A stretch of DNA of 32,000 nt from Aquifex aeolicus VF5 (GTDB lineage: Bacteria > Aquificota > Aquificia > Aquificales > Aquificaceae), in contig NC_000918.1 in NCBI RefSeq assembly GCF_000008625.1, forward strand, positions 120,001-152,000. The letters run 5' to 3'. Every line of letters starts with the position of its first letter. Within the stretch, counting starts at the first letter, position 1. This document shows positions 1-8,583 of this stretch, piece after piece. Both the position numbers and the translations under genes were made by a program. The notes under the pieces are model-generated. The model made no database searches and was not told where the DNA came from. It worked only from the letters and a program-made list of their open reading frames with translations.

Positions 1-162
1 AGTTTAACAAACGTTCACGGAGTTTACAAGCTCAAGTTCGGAGGTGGAAGGATTTACGTAAGGAAGGAAGGGGACAGGTGGGTAGTTATCGGTATACTGG
101 ATACGGAGCAGGACAAGGAAAAAGAGCGCTACATAGAGTCTTTGAGGGATAGATTGTATTAA
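1..162 (+). CDS. C-terminal part of a small basic protein, possibly RelE/HigB-like toxin (5' end outside window)
   Basis: Open frame 1 from base 1 to TAA at 160-162: SLTNVHGVYKLKFGGGRIYVRKEGDRWVVIGILDTEQDKEKERYIESLRDRLY. 'VYKLKF..GRIYVRKEGDRWVVIGIL' resembles the end of the RelE/HigB fold. Absent from the ORF track because the start lies outside. Confidence 0.35.
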   Translation, partial: SLTNVHGVYKLKFGGGRIYVRKEGDRWVVIGILDTEQDKEKERYIESLRDRLY

Positions 163-227
163 TAGGAGTCTGGTAAAATTGATAAAGGACTTAGCAAAAA
201 CTTTGATAAAAACAAAGGAGGAAAGAC

Positions 228-1451
228 ATGGCAGAATTAAGGGAAACTCTCGAAAGACTCGCATCCTTCAGACCTCAAAATTACTACGTTTCCACCCTTT
301 ATTTGAGATTAATGCCCGAAGACAGGCAGGACAACAAGTACCTGAGGGTTTACAAGGACCTAGTGAAAAAGAAGGAAAAGGATTTAGAAAACCTGAACCT
401 GGATAAAGAGGTTCTTGATTCTATAAGGGGGGACATTAAGAACATTCAGGACTTTTTATCCGATCCTAAAAACCTTTACAACTGCAGGGGGATAGCGATA
501 TTTTCCTGCTCAAAGCTCGGACTGTTTGAGTACGTGAAACTTCCCTACGTTTACAGAAACAGGCTTATGTTCTCACCTGACCCTCTCGTGAGGGAAATAG
601 CGGCGATAGACGAGGAGTTCGGAAGGGTTGCAGTTCTGCTTCTTGACAGAAAACACATAAGGTACTTCCTCATGGACATAACGGGAATAGAAGAAAAGCT
701 GGACTTCTTAGAGCCCATGACCACGAGAGCCCACAGGTTCCACAGCGGAGGAGCGCTTCTCAAAGGTGCGGAGGGAACGTTCCAGTACAGAATGCCCGCG
801 AGGGGTGCAGCGCCAAACGTAGTTCAGCACGGAATGGGTGAGTGGCGTTTCCACATGAGATTAAGGGAAGAGTGGCACAGGATACTCAAACTCGCATCGG
901 ACGCCCTCTTTGAAGAGTGGAAGAGAATACACTTTGACAAGTTAATAATCGGGGGATTTATAGAAGAAGGTCTGAGGGAAATAGAAAACTTCCTGCACCC
1001 ATACGTTAAAGAAAAACTGGTGGGTTACATAGAGATAACGCCCGAAGAGGCAACTCCCCATCAAGTTTGGGAAAAAGCCCTTGACCTCCTTTGGCAAAAG
1101 GACAGGGAGCAGGAAAAGGAAATAATTAAGGAGCTTGAAGAATTAAAGGGCTGGGGACTCGCGGTTAACGGAACTTCGGAAGTTCTTGAAATGCTAGCCA
1201 TAGGAAACGTAAGAACGCTAATTCTTCCAGAGGACTTTGAAAAACCCGGATACCTCTGTCCGCAGAGTCACCTCGCATTCTTAAAGCCCGAGTGCCCCCT
1301 TCCCGAAGAAAAGCCCATTCCCGTAAGCGACGTGGTTGACGAGGCATTAGAAGAGGCCCTGGATCAAAGGGCAACGATAGAGGTTATAATAGATAAGGAA
1401 CTCCAGAAGAAGGTGGACGGACTTGCGGCGTTCTTAAGGTTTAAGCTATGA
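228..1451 (+). CDS. eRF1/Vms1-like bacterial archaeo-eukaryotic release factor family (baeRF) protein
   Basis: 407 aa ORF. Central domain pattern '..GRVAVLLLDRKHIRYFLMDITGIEE..' followed by 'FEEWKRIHFDKLIIGGF' and 'VLEMLAIGNVRTLILPE', typical of the eRF1 domain 2/3-like fold. Start preceded by AAGGAGG. Confidence 0.65.
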   Translation: MAELRETLERLASFRPQNYYVSTLYLRLMPEDRQDNKYLRVYKDLVKKKEKDLENLNLDKEVLDSIRGDIKNIQDFLSDPKNLYNCRGIAIFSCSKLGLFEYVKLPYVYRNRLMFSPDPLVREIAAIDEEFGRVAVLLLDRKHIRYFLMDITGIEEKLDFLEPMTTRAHRFHSGGALLKGAEGTFQYRMPARGAAPNVVQHGMGEWRFHMRLREEWHRILKLASDALFEEWKRIHFDKLIIGGFIEEGLREIENFLHPYVKEKLVGYIEITPEEATPHQVWEKALDLLWQKDREQEKEIIKELEELKGWGLAVNGTSEVLEMLAIGNVRTLILPEDFEKPGYLCPQSHLAFLKPECPLPEEKPIPVSDVVDEALEEALDQRATIEVIIDKELQKKVDGLAAFLRFKL

Positions 1452-2074
1452 ACGAGAGGTTAATGATATTCATCGACGGTTCTAATCTGTTTCACGGAAT
1501 ACGGTACTTGAACATAAAGGTGGATTATTCAAAACTCGTGGAGTTCTTGAGGGAGGGGCGCTACCTCGTTCGCGCTTACTTTTACACCGCCGTTCCTCAG
1601 GAAAAGGACATCAAGAAGGGAACGCCCGAGTGGGACAGTCTTCAGAGACAAAAGAGGTTCCTTGACGAACTTTCCTTTATGGGCATAAAAGTGAAGACAG
1701 CTCACTTGAGGAAACTCCCGAGCGGTGAGTACCTGGAAAAGGAAGTTGACATAATGCTTGCCACGGATATGCTCTCCCTTGCTTACAGAAACGCTTACGA
1801 TACGGCTGTTCTCGTTAGCGGGGATAGCGACTTTATACACACCGTGGAAGCGGTGCAGAGTCTGGGAAAGAGGGTGGAAAACGCAACATTCAAGAAAACG
1901 AGTTCCTACAACCTGAGAAAGGTGTGCGACAGGTTCATACTTCTGGACGACCATCTTGACAAGATACTCATGGAGGAGAAGGGTAAAGAAATAGTTCCCG
2001 TGGAAGAGGAGGAAAAAGGAACGGAAGAAAGGGAAGGCTTTTTGGAAAGGTTTAAAAAATTCTTCGGGCTATGA
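1448..2074 (+). CDS. NYN-domain (LabA/DUF88, PIN-like) putative RNase
   Basis: 208 aa; acidic motifs 'IFIDGSNLFHG', 'KEVDIMLATDML', 'DTAVLVSGDSDF'; overlaps upstream stop by 4 nt (ATGA). Confidence 0.8.
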   Translation: MNERLMIFIDGSNLFHGIRYLNIKVDYSKLVEFLREGRYLVRAYFYTAVPQEKDIKKGTPEWDSLQRQKRFLDELSFMGIKVKTAHLRKLPSGEYLEKEVDIMLATDMLSLAYRNAYDTAVLVSGDSDFIHTVEAVQSLGKRVENATFKKTSSYNLRKVCDRFILLDDHLDKILMEEKGKEIVPVEEEEKGTEEREGFLERFKKFFGL

Positions 2075-2679
2075 AACTGCTGGTTGCCACCACAAACGAA
2101 GGAAAGTACAGGGAGATAAAAGAAATTCTTTCCGAGTATGGTATTGAAGTATTAAAACCCGAGGAAAAACTGGAAGTAGAGGAAACGGGTTGTACATTTT
2201 TAGAAAACGCATACCTGAAGGCTAGAGCTTACTACGAAAGGTACAAAATCCCTGCGCTTGCGGACGACTCCGGTCTTATCGTTGAAGCCATAAGCCCATA
2301 TCCGGGTGTGTATTCCAGCAGGTTTTACGACATAGACTTCGGCGGCAGGGAAGAAGTAAGAACGAACAAGGACGAAGCAAACATAAGAAAACTTTTAAGG
2401 CTTTTGGAAAACACAGAAAACAGGAAGGCAAAATTTGTAGCTTTTATAGTCGTATACGGGGGAAGTTGGGGAATTTTTGCAGAAGGAGAAGTCAGGGGAG
2501 AGATAACGAAAGAGCCGAGGGGAGACAGAGGTTTTGGCTACGACCCCGTTTTCGTTCCGGAAGGTTATAACAAAACCATGGCTGAACTTTCTCCGGAAGA
2601 AAAGAACAAAATATCCCACAGGGGGAGAGCTTTAAGAAAGCTCGTACATGTACTGAAAAATTGTGAAAAAGCTTTCTGA
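2071..2679 (+). CDS. rdgB: dITP/XTP pyrophosphatase (HAM1/RdgB family)
   Basis: 202 aa; 'VATTNEGKYREIKEIL', 'ALADDSGL', 'YPGVYSSRF', 'RGFGYDPVF', 'EKNKISHRGRAL'. Confidence 0.95.
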   Translation: MKLLVATTNEGKYREIKEILSEYGIEVLKPEEKLEVEETGCTFLENAYLKARAYYERYKIPALADDSGLIVEAISPYPGVYSSRFYDIDFGGREEVRTNKDEANIRKLLRLLENTENRKAKFVAFIVVYGGSWGIFAEGEVRGEITKEPRGDRGFGYDPVFVPEGYNKTMAELSPEEKNKISHRGRALRKLVHVLKNCEKAF

Positions 2680-3844
2680 AAAGTTAAGAGCTTACGAAGT
2701 TCTAAGGGAAGTCTTCAACGTAATTGCGGTTATCTCCCTGAACAGGTTTAAAAAAACGAGACACATAGTCTCTCAAGAGTATCCCTACTTTGAAAGGTTA
2801 AAGGAGGTTCTTGAGCATCTCTTTGCCCTTCATCCGACTCATCCGCTATTCAAACCAAGAGAGGAAAAAAGAGTTTCGGTAGTAGTGTTTACCTCAGACC
2901 TTTCCTTTACGAGAGAGCTCTGCAACAAGATTTTTAAAAGTGTCCCCGAATTTCGGGAGACGGAGTTTATAATCTTCGGAGGAAAGTGCAGGAAGAAAGA
3001 TTTATTTGAGAGACTTAAACCGAAGGTTATCTCAAACACTTTTACTAAGCTTGTAGACTACTCAAAGATTTTAAAAACTTTTGAAGAACTCTTTGAAAGG
3101 TTTGCATCAAAGGAACTGGATGCGGTCTACGTCGTAAGCGCACTTCCGTTTTTGGAAAGGGCTGAAGGAAAGGGAAAAAGGGAAACGGGAAAATCTATAA
3201 AGGAAGAGGAAGTAAAGAGGGAAATACTGTACACAAGGGGAGCGAGGTACGTAAGGGCGGTAGAACTTGGAGAGAGCGGGAGAATAGAGGTTTACGTTGA
3301 GAGGTTCTTACCTCCGAAGATAAAAGGGGTTTACAGGAAGGACTTAATCCTAAACTTTGAAGGAAATGAAGAGGAAATAATAAGAACCGTTCTCAAACTG
3401 TACACGGAGTTTCACGCAAAGTTCTTGAGTTTAGCACACTGGAATGCCTTGAACCTTCAGCGTTTCAGAACGGCAAAGAGAATTCAGGACAATTTGGAAA
3501 GGAAGATAAAGAATTTAAAGAGGCTCATAAGTAAGGAAAGGCAAGAAAAGATTAACAGAGAACTACAGGACATAGCCCTTTCACTTCTGGCTTTAGAAGA
3601 GAAGAAGTTTAAAGACATTGAACACAAAGATTATGTCCTCGAGATAGATAAAAATCTTGAAGAAAGTCTAAAGAAAAAGGTAATAGAAATACTGAAAGAA
3701 CACTTTCCCATTTTAGAAGTTAAGGAGGTGGAAGGATTGCTCGGTTTTTACTTGAGGGGAGAGGGCAAGGTATACAACGCCAGTACCCTGAAACAACTGG
3801 AACTCTTTGTAAGAGAAATTATCTTAAGGGTGGACCGATCTTGA
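2663..3844 (+). CDS. Divergent F1-ATPase gamma-subunit-like protein with possible delta/OSCP-like C-terminal extension
   Basis: 393 aa, GTG start overlapping rdgB by 17 nt. 'RFKKTRHIVSQEYPYFERLKEVLEHL' and 'VVVFTSDLSFTRELCNKIF' match the AtpG N-terminal helix and 'TSDRGLCGG' region; 'SLAHWNALNLQRFRTAKRIQDNLERKIKNLKRLISKERQEKINRELQDIA' matches the AtpG C-terminal helix; the tail 'LEVKEVEGLLGFYLRGEGKVYNASTLKQLE' resembles the AtpH C-terminus. Confidence 0.6.
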   Translation: MKKLSEKLRAYEVLREVFNVIAVISLNRFKKTRHIVSQEYPYFERLKEVLEHLFALHPTHPLFKPREEKRVSVVVFTSDLSFTRELCNKIFKSVPEFRETEFIIFGGKCRKKDLFERLKPKVISNTFTKLVDYSKILKTFEELFERFASKELDAVYVVSALPFLERAEGKGKRETGKSIKEEEVKREILYTRGARYVRAVELGESGRIEVYVERFLPPKIKGVYRKDLILNFEGNEEEIIRTVLKLYTEFHAKFLSLAHWNALNLQRFRTAKRIQDNLERKIKNLKRLISKERQEKINRELQDIALSLLALEEKKFKDIEHKDYVLEIDKNLEESLKKKVIEILKEHFPILEVKEVEGLLGFYLRGEGKVYNASTLKQLELFVREIILRVDRS

Positions 3845-4700
3845 CGAGACCCGTTTCCGTAATTTCCATAAAGTGGGTTTTTGTGTCGTGCCCGCAGAGT
3901 CTGCATCCGTCAATCCTGAAGAGTCGAACTATATCGCCTATCTCCTTTTTGTATATCTGTGCCTGATACTTAGTCATTATTAATTCCTTTGCAAGAACCA
4001 TCGTACAGTCAACTATGTGGCTTATGGCAAAACCGCCTGCGGCTTCCGCGGAAAGTTCTTCGTGGGAACTCCTCTTTTGGGAAACAAAGAGAGCGGTCTG
4101 ATACCACTTCTTCATGAAGTTAAAGAGTTGTCTCACTATAGTCCTTGCGAGCATTTCCTTGGCTTCGTACAACCCTGTTACAGAGTCTATTATGGTGTGC
4201 TTCACCTTGTAAGTTTTTATTACGTGTGCTAGAGTGGCGAGCAGGTTCGGGATGTTTTCCCTGAGCGTTGCGTGACTTGCGGCGTCTATGAGTATTATCT
4301 TATCCTTTATCTTGTCAAAGTCTACGCCCATTGCGGTTGCCCTTTCTCTTAGTCCCATGGTAACGAAGGGTGCAGGGCTTTCAACGGTTATAAAGGCAAC
4401 AGGTTCTCCCCTTTCCGCCTGCTTTACTGTGTACTGTTCCACCATCAAGGACTTTCCCGTATCTGAAACGCCGGTTATGTTCGTAACGGAATACCTTGGT
4501 ATACCGCCTAAAGGTACTTTTACAACTTTCCCTTCCCTGATTTCAGACTTGAAGAAGAGTTCATCCAGTCCCTCTACTCCCGTGGGAACACCTTCGAGTT
4601 TAGGAGCTTTCTTGAGGGCCTCTTCCGCTACCCATATACCCTCTTCTACGACTCTGGGTTTTTCTTGATGTTCTTCCTCGTAGTGTTTTTTGTAGTCCAT
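3819..4700 (-). CDS. KaiC/RadA-like RecA-superfamily ATPase
   Basis: 293 aa; 'GVPTGVEGLDELF', Walker A 'GVSDTGKS', 'HTIIDSVTGLYE' Walker B region; C-terminal 'CRLCGHDTKTHFMEI'. Confidence 0.75.
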   Translation of the reverse strand: MDYKKHYEEEHQEKPRVVEEGIWVAEEALKKAPKLEGVPTGVEGLDELFFKSEIREGKVVKVPLGGIPRYSVTNITGVSDTGKSLMVEQYTVKQAERGEPVAFITVESPAPFVTMGLRERATAMGVDFDKIKDKIILIDAASHATLRENIPNLLATLAHVIKTYKVKHTIIDSVTGLYEAKEMLARTIVRQLFNFMKKWYQTALFVSQKRSSHEELSAEAAGGFAISHIVDCTMVLAKELIMTKYQAQIYKKEIGDIVRLFRIDGCRLCGHDTKTHFMEITETGLVKIGPPLR

Positions 4701-4779
4701 AGGTTACCTCCCGTATACGTATAACTTTCATTTTACAACCTCTGTAAGGACTTACAAAACATAACTACCCGGAACTTTT

Positions 4780-4795
4780 TGGCACGTTTTTTGCA
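4780..4795 (+). promoter_or_regulatory. Sigma-54 (-24/-12) promoter upstream of the nirB-like gene
   Basis: TGGCAC-GTTTT-TTGCA, perfect match to TGGCAC-N5-TTGCA, about 25 bp upstream of the ORF start. Confidence 0.93.
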
Positions 4796-4820
4796 AGAGT
4801 TTCCTCAGGAGGAGTGAAAG

Positions 4821-7800
4821 ATGAAAGTAGTTATCGTTGGAAACGGAATAGCCGGAACGGCTCTTGTAGAGGAAATACTACGATTAAGCAGTGGAAAAGA
4901 TATAAGAATTCAAGTCTTTGGAGATGAAAAGTTTATAGGTTACAACAGGGTTCTCATAACAGAAGTTCTGGCTGGCAGGAAAACACTCAGTGAGATATAC
5001 ATAAAGCGCTGGCAGTGGTACGAGGAAAAGGGAGTAAGGCTGGAAATCGGTAAGAAGGTGGAAAGACTATTTCCCAATAAGAAGATACTCGTAACGAAAG
5101 ACGGGGAATTTTACAGGTACGATAAAGCTATAATAGCAACGGGAAGTAAGCCCTTTATACCTCCTTCTATTAAAGGCGTAAATAAAAAAGGTGTATTCAC
5201 TTACAGGACAGCAAAGGACGTTTTTGAAATTCTGGATTACGCCAGGGTTTCAAAAAGGGCGGTGGTAATCGGGGGAGGACTCCTCGGTATAGAAGTGACT
5301 AAAGCCCTAAGGGACATAGGTCTCGAAGTTTTTCTGGTTCATATCCTTGACACCCTAATGGAACAGCAACTTGATAAAACGGCTTCTGAGCTCCTAAGAA
5401 AGGATTTAGAAGATATGGGAATAAAAGTATTGCTCAAAAAAGTTACGGAAGAAATCTTAGGGGAGAAGAAAGCCGAGGGAGTACGTTTTTCAGATGGTGA
5501 TGAACTCCTTGCTGATTTTGTAATCATCGCTACGGGAATAAGACCGAACGTTGAAGTCGGTGTAAATTCAGGTCTAAAAGTAAACAAGGGCATAGTGGTT
5601 AACGACTACTTGGAGACCTCTGCGAGTGATATCTACGCCGTTGGAGAGTGTATAGAACACAGAGGAAAAACTTATGGTCTGGTAGCCCCAATAATGGAGC
5701 AAGTCAAGGTATGCGCTCACAACGTTGTTCACGGAAATGAAAAGAAGTACACGGGATCACTTACCTACGCTATGTTAAAGGTTGCGGGTGTAAATCTGTT
5801 TTCTGCGGGGGAAATTAACGAAAAAGACGGAGACGAGGTTGTAGCTTTTCTAGATAACGGAAGGTCACTGTATAGGAAAGCGGTAATCAGAAATAACAAA
5901 ATTGTAGGAACAATTTTGTATGGAGATGTAAGGGGAAACAATTACCTCCTCGACCTAATAAAAAGCGGTAAAGATATATCGGAAGAAAGACCGTATTTTC
6001 TTATAAAACACATCCTTCCCAAGGGCACAACCGGGGTTGAAGAACTTAAGGATAATGACATAGTTTGCAACTGCAACGCAGTAACGAAAGGCGAGATAGT
6101 CAAGTGCATTAAAGAAGGGTGTAAAACTTTAGAGGAAATTCAGGAAAGAACAAAAGCTTCTACTTCATGCGGTAGTTGTATAGAACTCGTTGAAGAAATA
6201 CTGAAACACTACGTAAAAGAAAAACCAAAGCGTGTTAATAAAATTGAGGTTATAAAAAAGGAGCTTCATCCCTTTGACTTAGAGTTTAAAAAACGTTTAG
6301 AGAAGTACTTTTCCGAAGGAGAGCTTGAAAACATTCCAGAAGAGGACAGGGACGTAAGACTAAAGTGGTATGGCATCTTTTACAGAAAAGCTACTCCAGG
6401 ATACTTCATGGTCAGAATTAGGGTTCCTAACGGAAGGCTTTCCTACGAGCAGGCTAAGGTAGTTTCCCACATTTCGGAGAAGTTCTGCAGGGGAGAAGTG
6501 GAAATAACTTCCCGTCAGCAACTTCAGATTAGGTGGATAAAGTTAAAAGATTTACCTGAAATCCTTGAAGCGTTAAACAGGGTAGGCCTTTCAACACTCC
6601 AGACGGGTATGGATAACGTGAGGAATGTAACAGGTGACCCTCTTACAGGTCTCGCAGAAGATTCTCTTATAGATACCCTGAGATTGTCTCAAGAGATAAC
6701 AAATATCTTTTTAGGTAAAAAGAAGTACGCAGACCTTCCAAGAAAACTAAACGTAGCGGTTCTGGGTTCACAAACGGACTGTATAAACGCCCTGTTTAAC
6801 GACGTTTGTTTTTACCTTTCGGAGAAGGATGGAAAGCTCGGTTTTAACCTTTATCTGGGCGGAAAGATAGGTTCAGGTGGCCCTAAAAAAGCGATAGATA
6901 TGGACATGTTCGTAGAACCTTACGAAGTACCCGAGGTGTTCAAGGCAACACTTGATATTTATTCAACTTTTGGAAACAGGGAAAACAGAAGTAAAAACAG
7001 ACTGTATTTCCTTCTTCAAGAGTGGGGAGTTGAAAGGTTCAGAGAAGAACTGGAAAAGAGACTGTACAAAGCTATACCCTCAAAAGGGAAAGATTTGGTA
7101 AACAAAACGGGGGAAAGGGAGGGGATTATAAACCTCAGGAATGGAACTTACGCAGTCTGTGTTGTAGTTCCGGCAGGAAAGATAAAGGCTAAGGACTTTA
7201 GACAGATTGCAGAGCTTGCAAGGAAATACGGAAGCAGAGAGCTCAGGTTAAGTGTGTATCAAAATATATACATCCCGAACATCCCGGAAGAGAACCTGAA
7301 CCCACTTCTCGGAGAAGAAATCTTTGAAAAGTTCAGCACGGTTAGCTCTCCTTTTACAATGCATCTTATAGCCTGTGCGGGAAGTGATACCTGTTCCTTT
7401 GGTGTCATACCTAACAAGAGTGACGCTGTGAGGGTGGCCAAATACTTAAGCGAAAGACTCAAACTTGACATTCCTGTCAGGATGCACTGGTCCGCCTGTG
7501 CCAAAGGTTGCGGTCAACACGGGAGCGGAGATATAGGATTTGTAGGGACTAAAACCAAGCTAAATGGAAAAGCTGTGCTGGCTGTAGACGTATTCGTCGG
7601 AGGTTCACCCACAAAGGAAGGTTTCAAAGTAATTCAAGGGCTTCCTTTAGATAAAGTGGAGGAAGCTTCTTACCTACTGCTTAACTACTACCTTGAAAAC
7701 AGACTAGAGGGGGAGAGCTTTGCGGATTTCGCCCACAGGGTAGGAGTGGATAAACTCAAGGTGGTTCTTACAAGTCTTTTACAGGAAGGGGAATGTAAGC

Positions 7801-7829
7801 TACTGAAACCCGAGAGTATAAGCAAGTAA
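4821..7829 (+). CDS. nirB: Nitrite reductase: NAD(P)H-type FAD reductase + BFD-like [2Fe-2S] + full-length siroheme nitrite reductase
   Basis: 1002 aa; N-terminal 'VVIVGNGIAGTALVEE' FAD and 'AVVIGGGLLGIE' NAD motifs; 'CNCNAVTKGEIVKCI...STSCGSC' BFD-like cluster; 'LTGLAEDSLIDT', siroheme/4Fe-4S motifs 'CAGSDTC' and 'CAKGC'. SD AGGAGG. Confidence 0.9.
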   Translation: MKVVIVGNGIAGTALVEEILRLSSGKDIRIQVFGDEKFIGYNRVLITEVLAGRKTLSEIYIKRWQWYEEKGVRLEIGKKVERLFPNKKILVTKDGEFYRYDKAIIATGSKPFIPPSIKGVNKKGVFTYRTAKDVFEILDYARVSKRAVVIGGGLLGIEVTKALRDIGLEVFLVHILDTLMEQQLDKTASELLRKDLEDMGIKVLLKKVTEEILGEKKAEGVRFSDGDELLADFVIIATGIRPNVEVGVNSGLKVNKGIVVNDYLETSASDIYAVGECIEHRGKTYGLVAPIMEQVKVCAHNVVHGNEKKYTGSLTYAMLKVAGVNLFSAGEINEKDGDEVVAFLDNGRSLYRKAVIRNNKIVGTILYGDVRGNNYLLDLIKSGKDISEERPYFLIKHILPKGTTGVEELKDNDIVCNCNAVTKGEIVKCIKEGCKTLEEIQERTKASTSCGSCIELVEEILKHYVKEKPKRVNKIEVIKKELHPFDLEFKKRLEKYFSEGELENIPEEDRDVRLKWYGIFYRKATPGYFMVRIRVPNGRLSYEQAKVVSHISEKFCRGEVEITSRQQLQIRWIKLKDLPEILEALNRVGLSTLQTGMDNVRNVTGDPLTGLAEDSLIDTLRLSQEITNIFLGKKKYADLPRKLNVAVLGSQTDCINALFNDVCFYLSEKDGKLGFNLYLGGKIGSGGPKKAIDMDMFVEPYEVPEVFKATLDIYSTFGNRENRSKNRLYFLLQEWGVERFREELEKRLYKAIPSKGKDLVNKTGEREGIINLRNGTYAVCVVVPAGKIKAKDFRQIAELARKYGSRELRLSVYQNIYIPNIPEENLNPLLGEEIFEKFSTVSSPFTMHLIACAGSDTCSFGVIPNKSDAVRVAKYLSERLKLDIPVRMHWSACAKGCGQHGSGDIGFVGTKTKLNGKAVLAVDVFVGGSPTKEGFKVIQGLPLDKVEEASYLLLNYYLENRLEGESFADFAHRVGVDKLKVVLTSLLQEGECKLLKPESISK

Positions 7830-7844
7830 AGGAGGAAGTGGAGT

Positions 7845-8579
7845 ATGGGAAAGGTTTACCTCATAGGAGCCGGTCCTGGAGACCCTGAGCTTCTGACACT
7901 TAAAGCTTATCGTATTCTCAGGAAAGCTGACGTAGTTCTATACGATGCCTTGGTAAACAGGGAAATACTTCACTTTGCCAGACAAGACAGCCTTAAGATA
8001 TACGTGGGCAAGAGAGACGGAAAACACTCCTTGCCTCAGGAGGAGATAAATGAACTTCTTCACAGGTTTGCACTTAGCTACAAAATTGTAGTTAGACTTA
8101 AAGGCGGTGACCCTTTTGTGTTCGGAAGGGGCGGAGAAGAACTCCTTTACCTAAAAAGCAGGGGTGTGGAAGTGGAAATAGTACCGGGTATAACTTCGGC
8201 GATTTCTGCACCCTCCTCCGCTTTCATTCCCGTAACACATAGGGGAATAGCCTCGTCGTTTGCGGTTGTTACAGGCCACCCCAACAGAGAAATAAAATGG
8301 GAGGATTTAGTGAATATAGATACACTCGTTGTTCTTATGGGTGTTAAGAACAGAGAAAAGATAGCGAGAGAACTTATAGGAGCAGGACGAAACCCGGACG
8401 AACCCGTTGCCTTTATAGAGAAGGCTACAACTCCGGAGCAGAGGGAAGTTTTCAGCACATTGAAAGAAGTTGCTCAAAACCCGCCGGAGGTAAACCCGCC
8501 CGCTGTAATGGTTGTAGGAAAGGTCGTAGAAATAGGAGCAAAAGTCCTATGTGAACGTATAATCGGCGTTACACTTTAA
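7845..8579 (+). CDS. cobA: Uroporphyrinogen-III C-methyltransferase (siroheme/cobalamin pathway)
   Basis: 244 aa; 'VYLIGAGPGDPELLTLKAYRIL', 'VVRLKGGDPFVFGRGGEE', 'VEIVPGITSA', 'PVTHRGIASSFAVVTGH'. Confidence 0.96.
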   Translation: MGKVYLIGAGPGDPELLTLKAYRILRKADVVLYDALVNREILHFARQDSLKIYVGKRDGKHSLPQEEINELLHRFALSYKIVVRLKGGDPFVFGRGGEELLYLKSRGVEVEIVPGITSAISAPSSAFIPVTHRGIASSFAVVTGHPNREIKWEDLVNIDTLVVLMGVKNREKIARELIGAGRNPDEPVAFIEKATTPEQREVFSTLKEVAQNPPEVNPPAVMVVGKVVEIGAKVLCERIIGVTL

Positions 8580-8583
8580 AGGA

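Noticed and set aside
4712-4723. CGTATACG / TATACGTATA palindromes upstream of the KaiC-like gene
   Set aside because: Short AT-rich palindromes near a start codon; could be part of a promoter for 3819-4700 but too weak to claim as an operator.
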